Below the pieces are notes generated by a model. That model was given only the letters and a program-made list of their open reading frames with translations. It ran no database searches and was not told where the DNA came from. A stretch of DNA of 64,000 nt, from the NCBI RefSeq assembly GCF_963921235.1, contig NC_086109.1:6016001-6080000 (forward strand), in the 5' to 3' direction. The translations under genes were made by a program, and so were the position numbers. The DNA is from Mobula hypostoma. Its lineage: Eukaryota. Numbering within the stretch: the first letter of the stretch is position 1; the number at the start of each line of letters is the position of its first letter. Shown in pieces: positions 26,088 through 38,365 of this stretch.

Positions 26088-26699
26088 AATAAGCTTTACC
26101 AGAGGAAGTGGCTGAGGCAGGTACAGTAACAACTTAGAAGTCAAGGGGACTATAGATATGGAAGGTTTAGAAAGTTATATGTCAAATGCTGGCAAATGGG
26201 ATTAGCTTGAATGAGCATTTTAGTTGGCATGAACCAGTTGGGCCCAAAGGCGTGTTTCTGTGCTGCAGGAGTCTGATTCCAATTACAGGAACAAAAATGT
26301 ATTTTAATCAATGCAGATATGAAAGAGACTTCTAACCACTGTTCCCCCGCCAAGCTGTGTGGGTGCGCAGACGTGCAGTAACTGAAATGCCCCCGCTGAA
26401 ATGGTTAGTCTGCGCAGCTGTTAAAAAAAATTAAGAGGAATGTTGCTTCTAAACTAGCATTCCACCACCACCCCCCACCCACCCACTCCCAGAAGTTTGT
26501 GGGGAAAATATTTATAATTCCACATGGCTAGAAATGTATTCATTTCAAGAGAGGTGAGTAGTGGGAAATGTTCCATTTTCCAGGGAATCCCCCAGTCACT
26601 GATTGAGTCCTCCTATGCAGTATTAAGGTGTTTACTAACTACCCCAGGATAAATTATAATCTTTGGCAACACATGAGAACAAAGATTTTGCTTCCTGAA

Positions 26700-27459
26700 T
26701 TCTTTTGGGGCATACCCTATGGATTTTGGACTGCTGATCATGAAAATCACTTCCAGATTTCCCTATTACACACCATTTTTTGAATCACCTTTATTTGTTA
26801 TTTCAACTTCATAATTCATCAGAATAAATGACACCAAGATTAAGGAAGGCATTTTTGTTGGTGCACTAATCAAACAGGTCATCAATGACAGGCATTTCAA
26901 AGAACTTCTATTGCGACTGGAGAAAATCACATGGAAGGCATTGAAGGAGGTTGCTGAAAATTTTCTTGGCAACTACAAAGCATCAAACTACGTGCAACTG
27001 GTTGATAACATGCTTCGAACATACAGAAGCATGGAGTGCAACATGTCACTAAAGATTCATCTTCTGCATTCTCGTTTAGACTTTTTCCCCTGCAAACCTT
27101 GGTGCTGTCAGTGATGAGCACGGTGAAAGGTTCCACCAGGCCATTGCGGTCATGGAGAAACTGTATCAAGGCAACTGGAATCCATCAATGTTGGCTGATC
27201 ATTGTTGGACACTTAAGCAAGAAACCTCAGACACTGAGTACAAATGAAAATCATCAACAAAACATTTTTAGCTTAGTTGAACAATTGCAAAGCTTTAGCA
27301 CCATTATGCAATTAAACACATTATATTCAATAACAGTTAATTACTCGTTTCTCCAAATTCCTACGTGATACAAGTAGCCTGAAATTAAATTTGTGTTCAG
27401 CTTCATAAAAAAAATAATTCCGAAGAGGCAATACTTCCAAAAAAATTTGTTGTCCAGTG
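26700..27459 (+). mobile_element. Chapaev3-like (CMC) DNA transposon 3' relic
   Basis: KIKEGIFVG..NFLGNYKA..CNMSLKIHLLHS.LDFFP / NLGAVSDEHGERFHQ..YQG.WNPSMLAD.CW; ends ...GTCCAGTG|TAA. Confidence 0.8.
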
Positions 27460-27664
27460 TAATTTGTAACAGGTATAGGTAAGACACTGTTCATCATAAA
27501 CCTGTCCAGGCACAGAGAAAGGCCCTTCGGCCTCTAGAAACAAAGGCAATAACTTCACTCATCCTCACCTACCTCCATCATTGAGATGTTCCCACAACCA
27601 ATGGACTCACTTTCAAGGACTCTTCATCTCAAGCTCTAGATATTTACTGTTTATTTATTTATTA

Positions 27665-28748
27665 CTACACAAAGGGATGACCTGTTGGGGCAACCTTTGA
27701 GAGAAGAGTAGTGCAGTCTGATGTGACCAGAATGAACATTAAATTTTCCTGAATGCTATTGGTATTGCTTCGCTTTGGAAACTGAAGTAGAAAACCTCAG
27801 TTTATTAAAGAGGAATGATGCGTAGCAAAGCAAATATAGCTCCTCCTCGTTTAACAAAGGACACTTTTGATGGCATCATTCCTGGTTTATCTGCCACCCT
27901 TGTGCCTCTCATTGTCATTCTGGAGACGTGCATTCCTTTCATCCCTCGTCTCTTCATCTCTTCTGCTGTTTGTTGTTTGTCTCTGATCCTGGAGACGTGC
28001 ATGCCTCTCCTCCTCTGTCTCTTCTTCTCTCATCTTTCTTTTCCTGACTCTTTGGTCCTGGAGTCATGTGGCCCTGGCCTCATCCGAATCTTGTTCTCTC
28101 CCTCTCCTTACCGCTTCCCGACGACGTTTTGGTGTCATCTCTTGACCATAATGTCCCCCTTCCCTTTCCACGTGGCATAATTAGGCTGACCATTTTGTTT
28201 TAACCCTAATGCTGGATAGAAGATACGAAGCACTAACACCAAAGAATGCTGATTATTCTTGATGATGTGTTTGGCGCTCTCCTAATTGGACGTGATATAG
28301 ACACCGCTGTCCTTTGACCGCAACAAAGGGTTTTATGGGTGTCTCCAAGTACATCATTACAATAAGATTTAATTATCTCTTATTGATGGGTGGCAGTTAG
28401 ATCTGTCCCAATCCTGCACATGCTGATGGTGATTAGCAGAATAGAGCTGCCCTGCCCTTTTGCTCCGGTAGGTGTCGCTGCTGAGGCTGGCCGTGCACAT
28501 GCGTCAGGCTGTCGCGTCCCAATTTCCATGATGGCCGATCGGCTCTTGGGTGAAAGCCAGCCTGTTGAGTTTGGCGAATGACCAATTTTGTACGAATATA
28601 TAACCCTTAACTTTGCCTGCATTCTGTAAGTTAGCGCATTTTAATTTGATTTAGCCAAAAAAAGTGCCGCTGTAATGCACTGTTCACGCTAATTGGAGGT
28701 CACAAACAGACAGACAGACAGAGCATGAGAGTTTTAGTAGTATATAGA
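27665..28748 (-). mobile_element. Non-autonomous Helitron (~1.08 kb)
   Basis: 5' A|TCTATATACTACTAAAA..GTCTGTCTGTTTGT; 3' imperfect GC hairpin then GTAG|T (decayed CTAG); internal 23-aa repeat relic. Confidence 0.72.
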
Positions 28749-28759
28749 TTATTATTTCT

Positions 28760-29212
28760 AGTCAGGTCACTGGTCTGAGTGCTACTGGTACCCTGTAACC
28801 CAGTACTACCTGTCACATGGTCGGGTGGTTGGCGACTAAACTGGCTCCCCCACCGGGCTTGCCTGGTGAGGAGGGTGGCTAGACACCCTGCAGGATGAAA
28901 AACTAGACCTATCAAAGGGCGGATGAACCCTCTCGTAGGGTCAACGGCCATCTAGCAAACACGTGCCGTGAAGCGCGGAAAAGGCATCCCTTGCATCGAA
29001 GCTTGGTCTGGCCGTTCACTGGAACAGAACTTCCCCCAGCCGTCTTGGACCCCACCATGCCACTGGATGTGAGAGGGGACGTCGAGAGGGTGGGTCTGGA
29101 CCTGTGCAACCCCCTACTCACCTAAAATCCACTCACACTGTTCCTTTCTGAGGAGTGGGGTACCACTACACTAACTGACTGAAAGGAACCATCATCATCC
29201 TATGGGATGGAT

Positions 29213-29273
<61 letters not shown>

Positions 29274-29282
29274 CACACATAC

Positions 29283-29315
<33 letters not shown>

Positions 29316-29468
29316 GAGAGAGACACACACATACAGAGAGAGACAGACAGACAGACAGAGAGACACACACATACAGAGAGAGAGAGACAGACAGACAGAG
29401 AGACAGAGACATACAGAGAGAGAGAGAGAGACAGACAACAGAGAGACAGACAGAGAGACAGACAGATT
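28760..29468 (+). mobile_element. Unclassified non-autonomous retroposon with (GA/GACA)n tail
   Basis: Flanked by ATTATTATTTCT duplication (28748-28759, 29469-29480); microsatellite 29216-29465 at its 3' end. Confidence 0.55.
29216..29465. repeat. Compound (GA)n/(GACA)n/(CA)n microsatellite
   Basis: Direct inspection. Confidence 0.95.
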
Positions 29469-29661
29469 ATTATTATTTCTCTCTTTTTGTATTTGCAGTT
29501 TGTTGGCTTTTGCTCACTGGTTGAACACCCAAATGCAGTCTTTCATTGATTCTGTTATGGTTATTATTCTATAGAATTATTGAATACGCCCTTAAGAAAA
29601 TGAATCAGCATTGTATATGGTGACAGATTCTTTTTACACACATCACACATACAGTTCTTAT

Positions 29662-29816
29662 TTGCTGGTGAACGCAGCAGGCCAAGCAGCATCTATAGGA
29701 AGAGGCGCAGTCGACGTTTCAGGCCGAGACCCTTCGTTAGCCTGGCCTGCTGCGTTCACTAGCAACTTTGATGTGTGTTGCTTGAATTTCCAGCATCTGC
29801 AGAATTCCTGTTGTTT
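29662..29816. mobile_element. Penelope-like fold-back element, internally deleted
   Basis: Nearly identical to the 7433-7690 arms; same 3' tail GAATTTCCAGCATCTGCAGAATTCCTGTTGTTT. Confidence 0.8.
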
Positions 29817-31057
29817 ACAGTTATTTTTTTGTTTTTTTTAAATTATGTATTGCAATGTACTGATGCCACAGAACACATTTCACAACATATGCTGGTGACA
29901 TTAAACCTGATTCTGATTTTCGTTTCCGCACAGGGGATGCTGAAGAAAGCCACAACGAACAGACTGACACTTCCAGTTGCAGTTTTTGACAACACTACTT
30001 GCACTGCCTTATCAGTACAAAGGTCAACAGAAGCCACCTTAAATCCCTCCACAGTTGGCAATCACCACATTAACAAAGGGAGGAATTGTTTCAAGTTTGC
30101 TTTCGATCTTACCCACAAGAGGAAGAGAACAAGAGAATCTCATTGGCATCGCTGGAACCCATATCAATAGCTTTGCATTTAGATTGGTCCTTTGATGATA
30201 GGAGTCCCGCCAACATCTGTTAATACTGAAACCAAGATATTCTGGGATTGCCAAAAAAAAACCTGTTTCCTCTTTCCTCTCCAACCCACAATGTTTCAAT
30301 CCCCACCCCAAATAAGTGCTTTTATCTTAAAATATATTTCCCCTGTGCAGTGATGCATTTCAAAGCCTGTAGGTGCCCACTCAGCAATTCAGGAACAACT
30401 TCTGCTTTGACATCAGATTTCTGAATGGCTCATGAAACCATGAATACTATCTGGTTCCTTAAGGTTGCCATAGCCAGTGGTGGTGGTGGGGGGGGGGTAA
30501 GGGAGGGGAGGGGTGTAGTGGGGTTATTAAATACTCCCAATGGCATGCGTCACAAATAGCCTCCAACAACCAAATCCGGCTCCTGGCCTTCACATGTGGC
30601 TTAGCTACTAAGCCCAGCTGGGCCATTTCTATTGACAGGCAAAGGGGCAAAGGCCGGCTACCGACTTCTTAAAGCCAGTCACTTCAGGCAGATGGAGCTC
30701 ATCAGCCGTGGTTGGCAGAAAAAGGAAAACTCTGACCTCTAACCTCCACTGCCTTGCGGCTATACGCACACACAGGGAAGGCTTCGGGAGTAAACCTTGA
30801 GGACAAATCCAGAGCTGGAGTCTCTAAGGCAGTCCTACATTGAGTTCAACGGTGACTGGCAACTCCTGCGACGCTGCTGGTACCAAACCGTATCGGTCCC
30901 TGCCGTTCCTTTGGATTCATCAGCAGCTTGGAGAGGGGGAGCTTGCTGCATTGGCAACAGCTTGCTCTCCATATCGTACAGCCCTGGCTTGCATATAGGG
31001 AATATCACAGGTGCATGGTCAACCCCAAACACTATCTTGGCTTTTTTTTTGCACTAG

Positions 31058-31785
31058 TTAAGGAGCTGGTGGTAGACCTGAGGAGAGCTAAGGTACCGGT
31101 GACCCCTGTCTCCATCCAGGGGGTCAGTGTGGACATGGTGGAGGATTACAAATACCTGGGGATACGAATTGACAATAAACTGGACTGGTCAAAGAACACT
31201 GAGGCCGTCTACAAGAAGGGACAGAGCCGTCTCTACTTCCTGAGGAGACTGAGGTCCTTTAACATCTGCCGGACGATGCTGAGGATGTTCTACGAGTCTG
31301 TGGTGGCCAGTGCGATCATGTTTGCTGTTGTGTGCTGGGGCAGCAGGCTGAGGGTAGCAGACACCAACAGAATCAACAAACTCATTCGTAAGGCCAGTGA
31401 TGTTGTGGGGATGGAACTGGACTCTCTGACGGTGGTGTCTGAAAAGAGGATGCTGTCCAAGTTGCATGCCATCTTGGACAATGCCTCCCATCCACTACAT
31501 AATGTACTGGGTGGGCACAGGAGTACATTCAGCCAGAGACTCATTCCACCGAGATGCAGCACAGAGCGTCATAGGAAGTCATTCCTGCCTGTGGCCATCA
31601 AACTTTACAACTCCTCCCTTGGAGGGTCAGACACCCTGAGCCAATAGGCTGGTCCTGGACTTATTTCCTGGCATAATCTATATATTACTATTTAATTATT
31701 TATGGTTTTATTACTATTTAATTATTTATGGTGCAACTGTAACAAAAACCAATTTCCCCCAGGATCAATAAAGTATGACTATGAC
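31058..31785 (+). mobile_element. Young 5'-truncated Rex1-like LINE
   Basis: Near-identical to 25246-26087; ORF ends 31647; (GACTAT)n tail. Confidence 0.92.
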
Positions 31786-33884
31786 TATTTACTTTGCAGT
31801 TTATTGTACTGTCCTACTACCACAAAGCAACACACTTCAGGTCAGACAAGCCACTGGTGATGAAGCTGACTCTTTGTAGTGGAACAGTTAGATACAGGAG
31901 AATTACCAGACCCTTGTCTGAACTGGCAAGGCAGCATCAAAGAATAAGACCATTCAGCCCTTTCAACCACTGCAAGCCCCCACTGCTGACCTTAAGGCCA
32001 TTGGATGTAGGAGCAGAATTAAGCCATTGGACCCATTGAGTCTGCTCTGCCATTCCATCATTGCTGACTAATCTATGCATTCCACAATCTCGTACACTTC
32101 TATCAAGTCTCCTCTCATCCTCCATCCCTCCTCATTCTTCTGTAAGTGCCCCCTTGGCAAAGCCCTGTACATTTATACAGGATATCCACTGGGTCATTGA
32201 TGGTAACACCACACCCCTTGCTGACTGCATTGCCCTTGCTGGAGGCAGGTTATTGAGGTCCGCACTTTCCTCACAAGTCCTCAACCCGTCCACAGGTGCT
32301 CCACCTTCTCTTGCTGCACCCCTGCTCCACGTTAGAGTTTTCCACAGGCAGTTAATAGACAAGAACCTCAGCCCCAGATCCCAGTAGAACAGAGGATATT
32401 TAAGACCACCAAGAGGATCCACCAGCATCTCCCCCCACCCCACTTGTGACATTTACCAGGAGCGTTTTGTAGACAAAGGCCCTGAAGCATTGTTGACGAT
32501 CCCCACCACCCATTCCACAATCTCTCTGACCCACTACCATCAGGAAGGAGGTACAGGAGCATCAGGACTAGGACTGACAGACTGGGTAACAGCCTCTTCC
32601 CTCAAGTTGTGGAACTAATGGCTACCCTGCGACCTCTGAGGTTGCGTCAGTAGGTCAGCAAGCTGTTTACCTGAGCTGCACACTACGAATAGTATTTTAA
32701 TAACTTACTTGCGGTTTTGTGTGCTGTGTGTGACATTTGTTTTGTGGGCACACCATGCTCCAGAGGAATGTTGTTCGGTTTGTTTGTATACATGTACACT
32801 AAGATGACAATAAAGTTGAACTTGATTTTGGCCTGAACTTGCCAAGTGTGGATATGCAAGGTCAGAAGGGGTTCCTAGCGGCTACCCTCCTGAGTATAGA
32901 GTTCCAGGAAAAGGTACCCATCTGTTAACGTAGTCGTAGAGAATGACGACCTCCAGGAACTTGCCCTTCCTCTGATTAAGGATGTCCCGTCCTATTTACG
33001 CTATAAGTGATTACATGGGTGGGAGCGGTGGTGCTGTTGAAAAAGGACACAGCCCAGATGTAGCTCGGAGTGGAGGTGCCTGGCACCAGTTTGAACGAGA
33101 TCAGATCAACAAGTGGATCCCAGCGTTATTTAAACACACACACACACACACACAATGGACGACATCATAAGGAGGAGTTTACCCAAGATTCTCTCGGCCA
33201 CGGTTCAAAATCACAGCAAAGATCAGAATACATTTATTATCAAAGTACTCGATGTGTACATCATACAACCTAGAGATTCATCTCCTTACAGACAGCCACA
33301 AAACAAAGAAACACAAATGAACCCGTTTTTTAAAAAAAAAGACCGTCAAACACACCCTGTGCAGAGAGAAACAAAAACAAATTGTGCAAACAACAAAAGT
33401 AAGCAAATAGCATTCAGACCAAAGTGACCCCGTGGGCACAAAGCCCAGAGCAGGTCAGAACTTTAGAACAAAACCCTGCTCCAGCGCAGTCGTACAAGGG
33501 TTAAGAGGTTTGGGGGATGCGGGGTCGATTTCAACATTTCAGAGAAATTTGGATTAGTAAGGGATGGGCGTGGCGTGGGGGGGGGGGCTACGGTCCGGGT
33601 ACAGGTTGATGAGACCAGGCAGATTAATAGTTCAGGATGGACTAGATGGGCCGAAGAGCCTGCTTTTGTGCCGTAGTGGTCTACGACTATAAAGGTGCAC
33701 ATCGGTAAACCAGATACCTCACCACGCCAGAGAATCAGATTCATTCCTGACCTTGAGTGTTGTCCATGTGGAGTTTTCCCCTTCAAAGCATTATCAAAGT
33801 ATGCATAATTTATCATGTACTGCCCTGAGGGTCATTTTCTTTCAGGCATTCACAGTAGAACAAAGAAATACAATAGAATCAATA

Positions 33885-34320
33885 GAACATTAAGCATAGA
33901 AATCAACAGCACATTACAGGCCCTACGGCGACAATATTGTGCCAACCATGTAACCTACTCTAGGAACTGCCTGGAATTTCCCTACTGCATAGCCCTCCAT
34001 GTACCTATCTAAGAGTCTCATAGAAGACCCTATTGTATCCACCTCTGCCACCTTCGCTGGCAGTGTATTCCATGCACCCACCACTCTGTGTGTGAAAAAC
34101 TTACCTCTGACATCCCCCTCATACCTACTTCCAAGCACCTCAAAACTGTGCCCCCTCATGTTAGTCATTTCAGCCCTGGGAAAAAGCCTCTGACTATCCA
34201 CACGATCAATGCCTCTCATCACCTTATACACCTCGATCAGGTCACCTCTCATCATCCTTCGCTCCAAGGAGAAAAAGCCAAGTTCACTCAACCAATTCTC
34301 ATAAGGCACACTCTCCAATC
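33885..34320 (-). mobile_element. CR1 LINE 3' fragment
   Basis: LGFFSLERRMMRGDLIEVYKVMRGIDRVD..RVVGAWNTLP. Confidence 0.88.
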
Positions 34321-37300
34321 AATGAAAACCTATACACAAAGACTGCCAATGTGGGAAAAGACACAAAAAAAAGGGAGAAATAAAATAAATAAATAATGCT
34401 GAGAACTTGAGTTGTAGAGTCCTTGAAAGCAAGTCTACAGATTGTAGTTCAGAGTTGAAGTGAGTGAAGTTACCCACACTGGTTCGGGAGCCTGATGGTT
34501 GAAGGTAAATAACTGTTCCTGAACCTGGAGGTGTGGGGCCTCAGGCTCCTGCCCCTCTTTCTTGATGACAGCAGTGAGAAGAGAGTGTGGCCTGGACGGT
34601 GGGGGTCCCTCATGATAGATAACTGACCAGGACACATTCTCCCTGTGACTGCATGTCTGTCGCTGCCTCCCCCCCCACCGCCCCCACCTCAGGTGACCCA
34701 GTTTCCTCCCCTGTCCCAGAGACGTGCAGGTTGGTAGGTTATCACCTGCTGTAACCTCCCCCGAGGGGTACAGGCTGGTGGGAAGTTGGAGAAGGTGGTT
34801 TGAATAAAATGGGATTAGCATAGGTGATGTACAGGTCAGACTCGATGGGCCAAATGGCCTGTTTTTTTTTTTCCCTCTATGACTATGATTCCATGACTCC
34901 AACCCCAGTTCACAGCTGTGCCCATAACCAGGGTAAAGAATCCAATTGCAGGGCAGCTCCCCAAATACACTCTTTCCTGGTAAACCATCTGTTGTAGAAT
35001 TAAAGCATTTGGCTGCCATCCTGGGCAAGGGGAGCGAGGATCTGCAAAGGAGCCAGCGTCAAGCACACTAGTTGCAGGCAAAATCCTTGGAAAACTCCCA
35101 GTAAATCACTGGGGAAGTCGAAGGCCCAATGCCTGTGGAGGCCGACGGCTGAAGAAGATGGCGTGTCCTGGGGTGGGGGATGGGGGGGGTGAAAAGGGGT
35201 TTGGTTTGCTGTTGTTGCTTTGTCACTTGGTAATTTCTGTGTTATTGTGCTCTGCCAAGTATGGTGGGCATGCTGTGTTGGCAAAGCATTAATACGAGGG
35301 ATCCTGCAGACGTTGGAAATCCAGGACAACACACACGAAATGCAGGAGGAACCCAGTAGGTCTGGCAGCATCTCTGGGAAAGTGTTTCGGGCCGAGACCC
35401 TTCTTCAGCACTACACTGGGGCTGGAATGTGTGCTGGCCCAGCATACCTCTCTCTTAACACAAACAACACATTTCACCGTACGTTTCAAAGCCTGTGCGG
35501 CAAGCATTTCTGATTCTGAGTCTGTACCACGGGACCATGACTGGACAATTACGACGCAGTAACTATTCCTCAGAACAGCAGGAAAGAACAACTGGCCGAA
35601 AGGTCTTCTCAGGCCATCAGGCAGGAGATACAAAAGCCCGGAATCACGTACCACCATGCTCACGGACAGCTGCTAACCCACCATTATAAGCTTATTGATT
35701 AGCTCCCTCATACAATAATTTGGACTTTTGATTTTACAACCTACCTTGTTATGGTCTTGCACCTTGTCTGTACTATCTCTGTAACTGTTAAACTTTACTC
35801 TGCATTCTCTCTTTTTTTTCCTCTCTTCTACCTCAATACACTGTGTAATGATCAGAGTGTTTTTTTTCAAAATATACTTTATTCAAAAATAAAATTATAT
35901 ACAATAAGCCATTCAATGACTCTCAATCCTTGATCAGAGCGTATTATCTTACCATTGCCAGGCAGAGATCCCGAGGAACACAACCCAGCCTACAATGCTC
36001 CTTATCGTCACCCCCCCAGCCGCTATAAGCCGGCACAGTTTTCGAGAGGGGGAGGGAATGAAATGGGCCACGTAACCACCAAAGAAATCAGATCAACATC
36101 AATCTGGAACGTTTGGCTCTTCCTTCACTGGCAATCTCTATCTGGAGAGAATTTGTTTAAATCAGTTTCTCAAATCATGCGAAATCAGCAGACCAATCCC
36201 ATGAGGGCCGAGTTTATTTCCTGCCCTGCAGTCTGGATCCGTGCCAACCCGGTGTATTCTGACCTGCTAAATCACAGGAGTAGGAGTGGTGTGTGCTCAC
36301 AGACAATTCCAGCCCAGCCTTTGCTGGACACTGCAGACGGGACAGGCAAGGGTTAACATTGTACTGCTGCCCGACATTACTCAGCAATCCAACAGCCTCC
36401 AGATATGATGTAGTATCACAGGCTGGGCAACCCAGCCAGAAACTCTGAATGGAGACAGAGACAGACACACGACATTTCCACTGCTCACTCACTCGTCAAC
36501 CCAGCTGCAAAAACCCGTTAAACCTGCTCAGCATTCTGAGGTGACCCACTTGGGAGATGGTTTTGTTTCAGAGTCCGGTCGACCACAGATTCTGCTTCCG
36601 TTACAGTGTCAAAGACTTCTCTAAACCAACTAAGACCACAAGGCATAGGAGCAGAATTAGGCTATTTGGCTCATCAAAAATGCTCCACCATTCCACCGTG
36701 GCTGATTTATTTTCCCTCTCAACCCTATTCCCCTTCCTTCTCCCTGTAACTTTTTGACGTCCTTATTAATCAAGAACCCACCAACCTGCACTTTAAATAT
36801 ACCCAAAGACTTGGCCTCCATTAGCCATCACAGATGCACCACTCTCTGGCTGAAGATATTCTTCCTTGTCACTGTTCTAAAGGGAAGGCAGACGCACGGG
36901 CCGCACGGGCCGGGAGCCCGACAGATGATCCATCTCACAGTGGAGACACAAGGGAAGTCACTGCCAATCACTCGTCACCACTTCAGAGAGAGTCCCCAGC
37001 AACGGCACAGATCGGCCCTTCCTCCCTCCGCGTGACCTTGACATCACGAGCACGTTCCTCCCACTGTTGCTAGCATCTACAGGAAGTGCTGTCTCAAGTA
37101 GGTAACATTTCAGTACATGTGACAATAATAAAACAATTCCAGTCTATCCGGGACATGCCGTCCTCTCACAGAGGGTACAGAAGCCTCAAGACCCACATCA
37201 CCAGATTCAGGAACAGCAACCTTCCTTCAACCGTTCAGTTCTTGAACCGTCCAGTACAGCACTGATCACCACAGTTCAACAACACTATCATCACTCGGCA

Positions 37301-37339
37301 CAAAAATGGGATTTGAGTTTTATTTTCCATTTGTGTTTA

Positions 37340-37953
37340 ATTAGATTAGATTAGATTATGAGGACACTCAGTCCTCGTTTATTGTCATTTAGAAATACAT
37401 GCATTAAGAAATGATACAATGTTCCTCCAGAAAGATATCACAGAAACACAGGACAAACCAAGACTAAAACTGACAAAGCCACATAACATATAGTTACAAC
37501 AGTGCAAAGCAATACTGTAATTTGATAAAAAGCAGACCATGGGCACGGTAAAAAAAAGTCTCAAGTCCCAATAGCCCCATCATCACATGCAGATGGAAGC
37601 ACCGCAAACTTGCCGATGCACTGGAAGCACATGAACCGCAGCCGACTTTGAGTCTGTCCAAAAACTTCGAGCCTCCGGCCAGCCCTCTGACACCGAGCAC
37701 CATCTCTGCCGAGCGCCTCGACCCCACCCTGGCCACCGAGGACTCAGGGCCTTCCTCTCCGGAGATTCTGGATCACACAGTCGCAGCGGCAGTGAAGCAG
37801 ACATTTCAGAAGTTTCACCAGATGTTCTTCCGTGCTTCTCACGTCTGTCTCCATCAAATCAGGATTGTGCATGGCACCCTACTTGACAGACAACAGATAT
37901 CATTCACCGGAGTGGCCGCTGCAAGCTGCGTCGTGCCGCCATCTTCTCCTCCC
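37340..37953 (-). mobile_element. Non-autonomous retroposon with (TCTAA)n tail (family C)
   Basis: Reverse complement of 46971-47638; 5' AAGATGGCGGC. Confidence 0.75.
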
Positions 37954-38009
37954 TCCGCAATTTATGCTTTTCTTGTGAATGGTGCTTCTCTGAAGCGATG
38001 TGCCTGTGA

Positions 38010-38365
38010 TCGACAGGGGGAGGGAGAGCTGCGAGGCCTCGACGGTTGCGCCCACGAGACCCTCATGCCGCAGCATCACCCGTTACAGTCACCCAGGAGA
38101 GGAGGCACCGGAGGCAGAGGAGAAAGAGGGCAGAACATGCCAGAATCTGTGCTGAGTCGGGAGCTGGCCCCTGTAGGCCGGCTCTCCTGTCGGCGCGGCT
38201 CTCCAGTGTTCGCTCCCTGGAAAACAAGCTGGACTGCTTTCATCTGCAGCTGACCCGGATCAAGATCAGCAACTGCTACGTGCTTGTTCTTGCAGAAACG
38301 TGGCTCCAGGACAAAGTCCCATGCACCATCAACCTTCAGGCCACACCACTCAGGGACTTGTGCTA
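38010..38365 (+). mobile_element. Rex1/L2 APE endonuclease N-terminal relic
   Basis: VRSLENKLD..CYVLVLAETWL; opposite-strand relative at ~23635-23800. Confidence 0.6.

Noticed and set aside
29166..29549. RE-rich and SL-rich ORFs
   Set aside because: Microsatellite translations
30460..30995. Twister or HDV-like ribozyme in an RTE-like segment
   Set aside because: Only a partial TAAGCCC match; full consensus not satisfied
30928..31647. 239-aa ORF as a host gene
   Set aside because: Chance fusion of upstream repeat sequence with the Rex1-like RT C-terminus
32917..32990. Minus-strand peptide RDILNQRKGKFLEVVILYDYVNRW as an exon
   Set aside because: Coding-like codons but a poor acceptor and no recognised homologue
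37340..37357. (TTAGA)n as telomeric repeat
   Set aside because: It is the reverse-complement tail of family C, not TTAGGG
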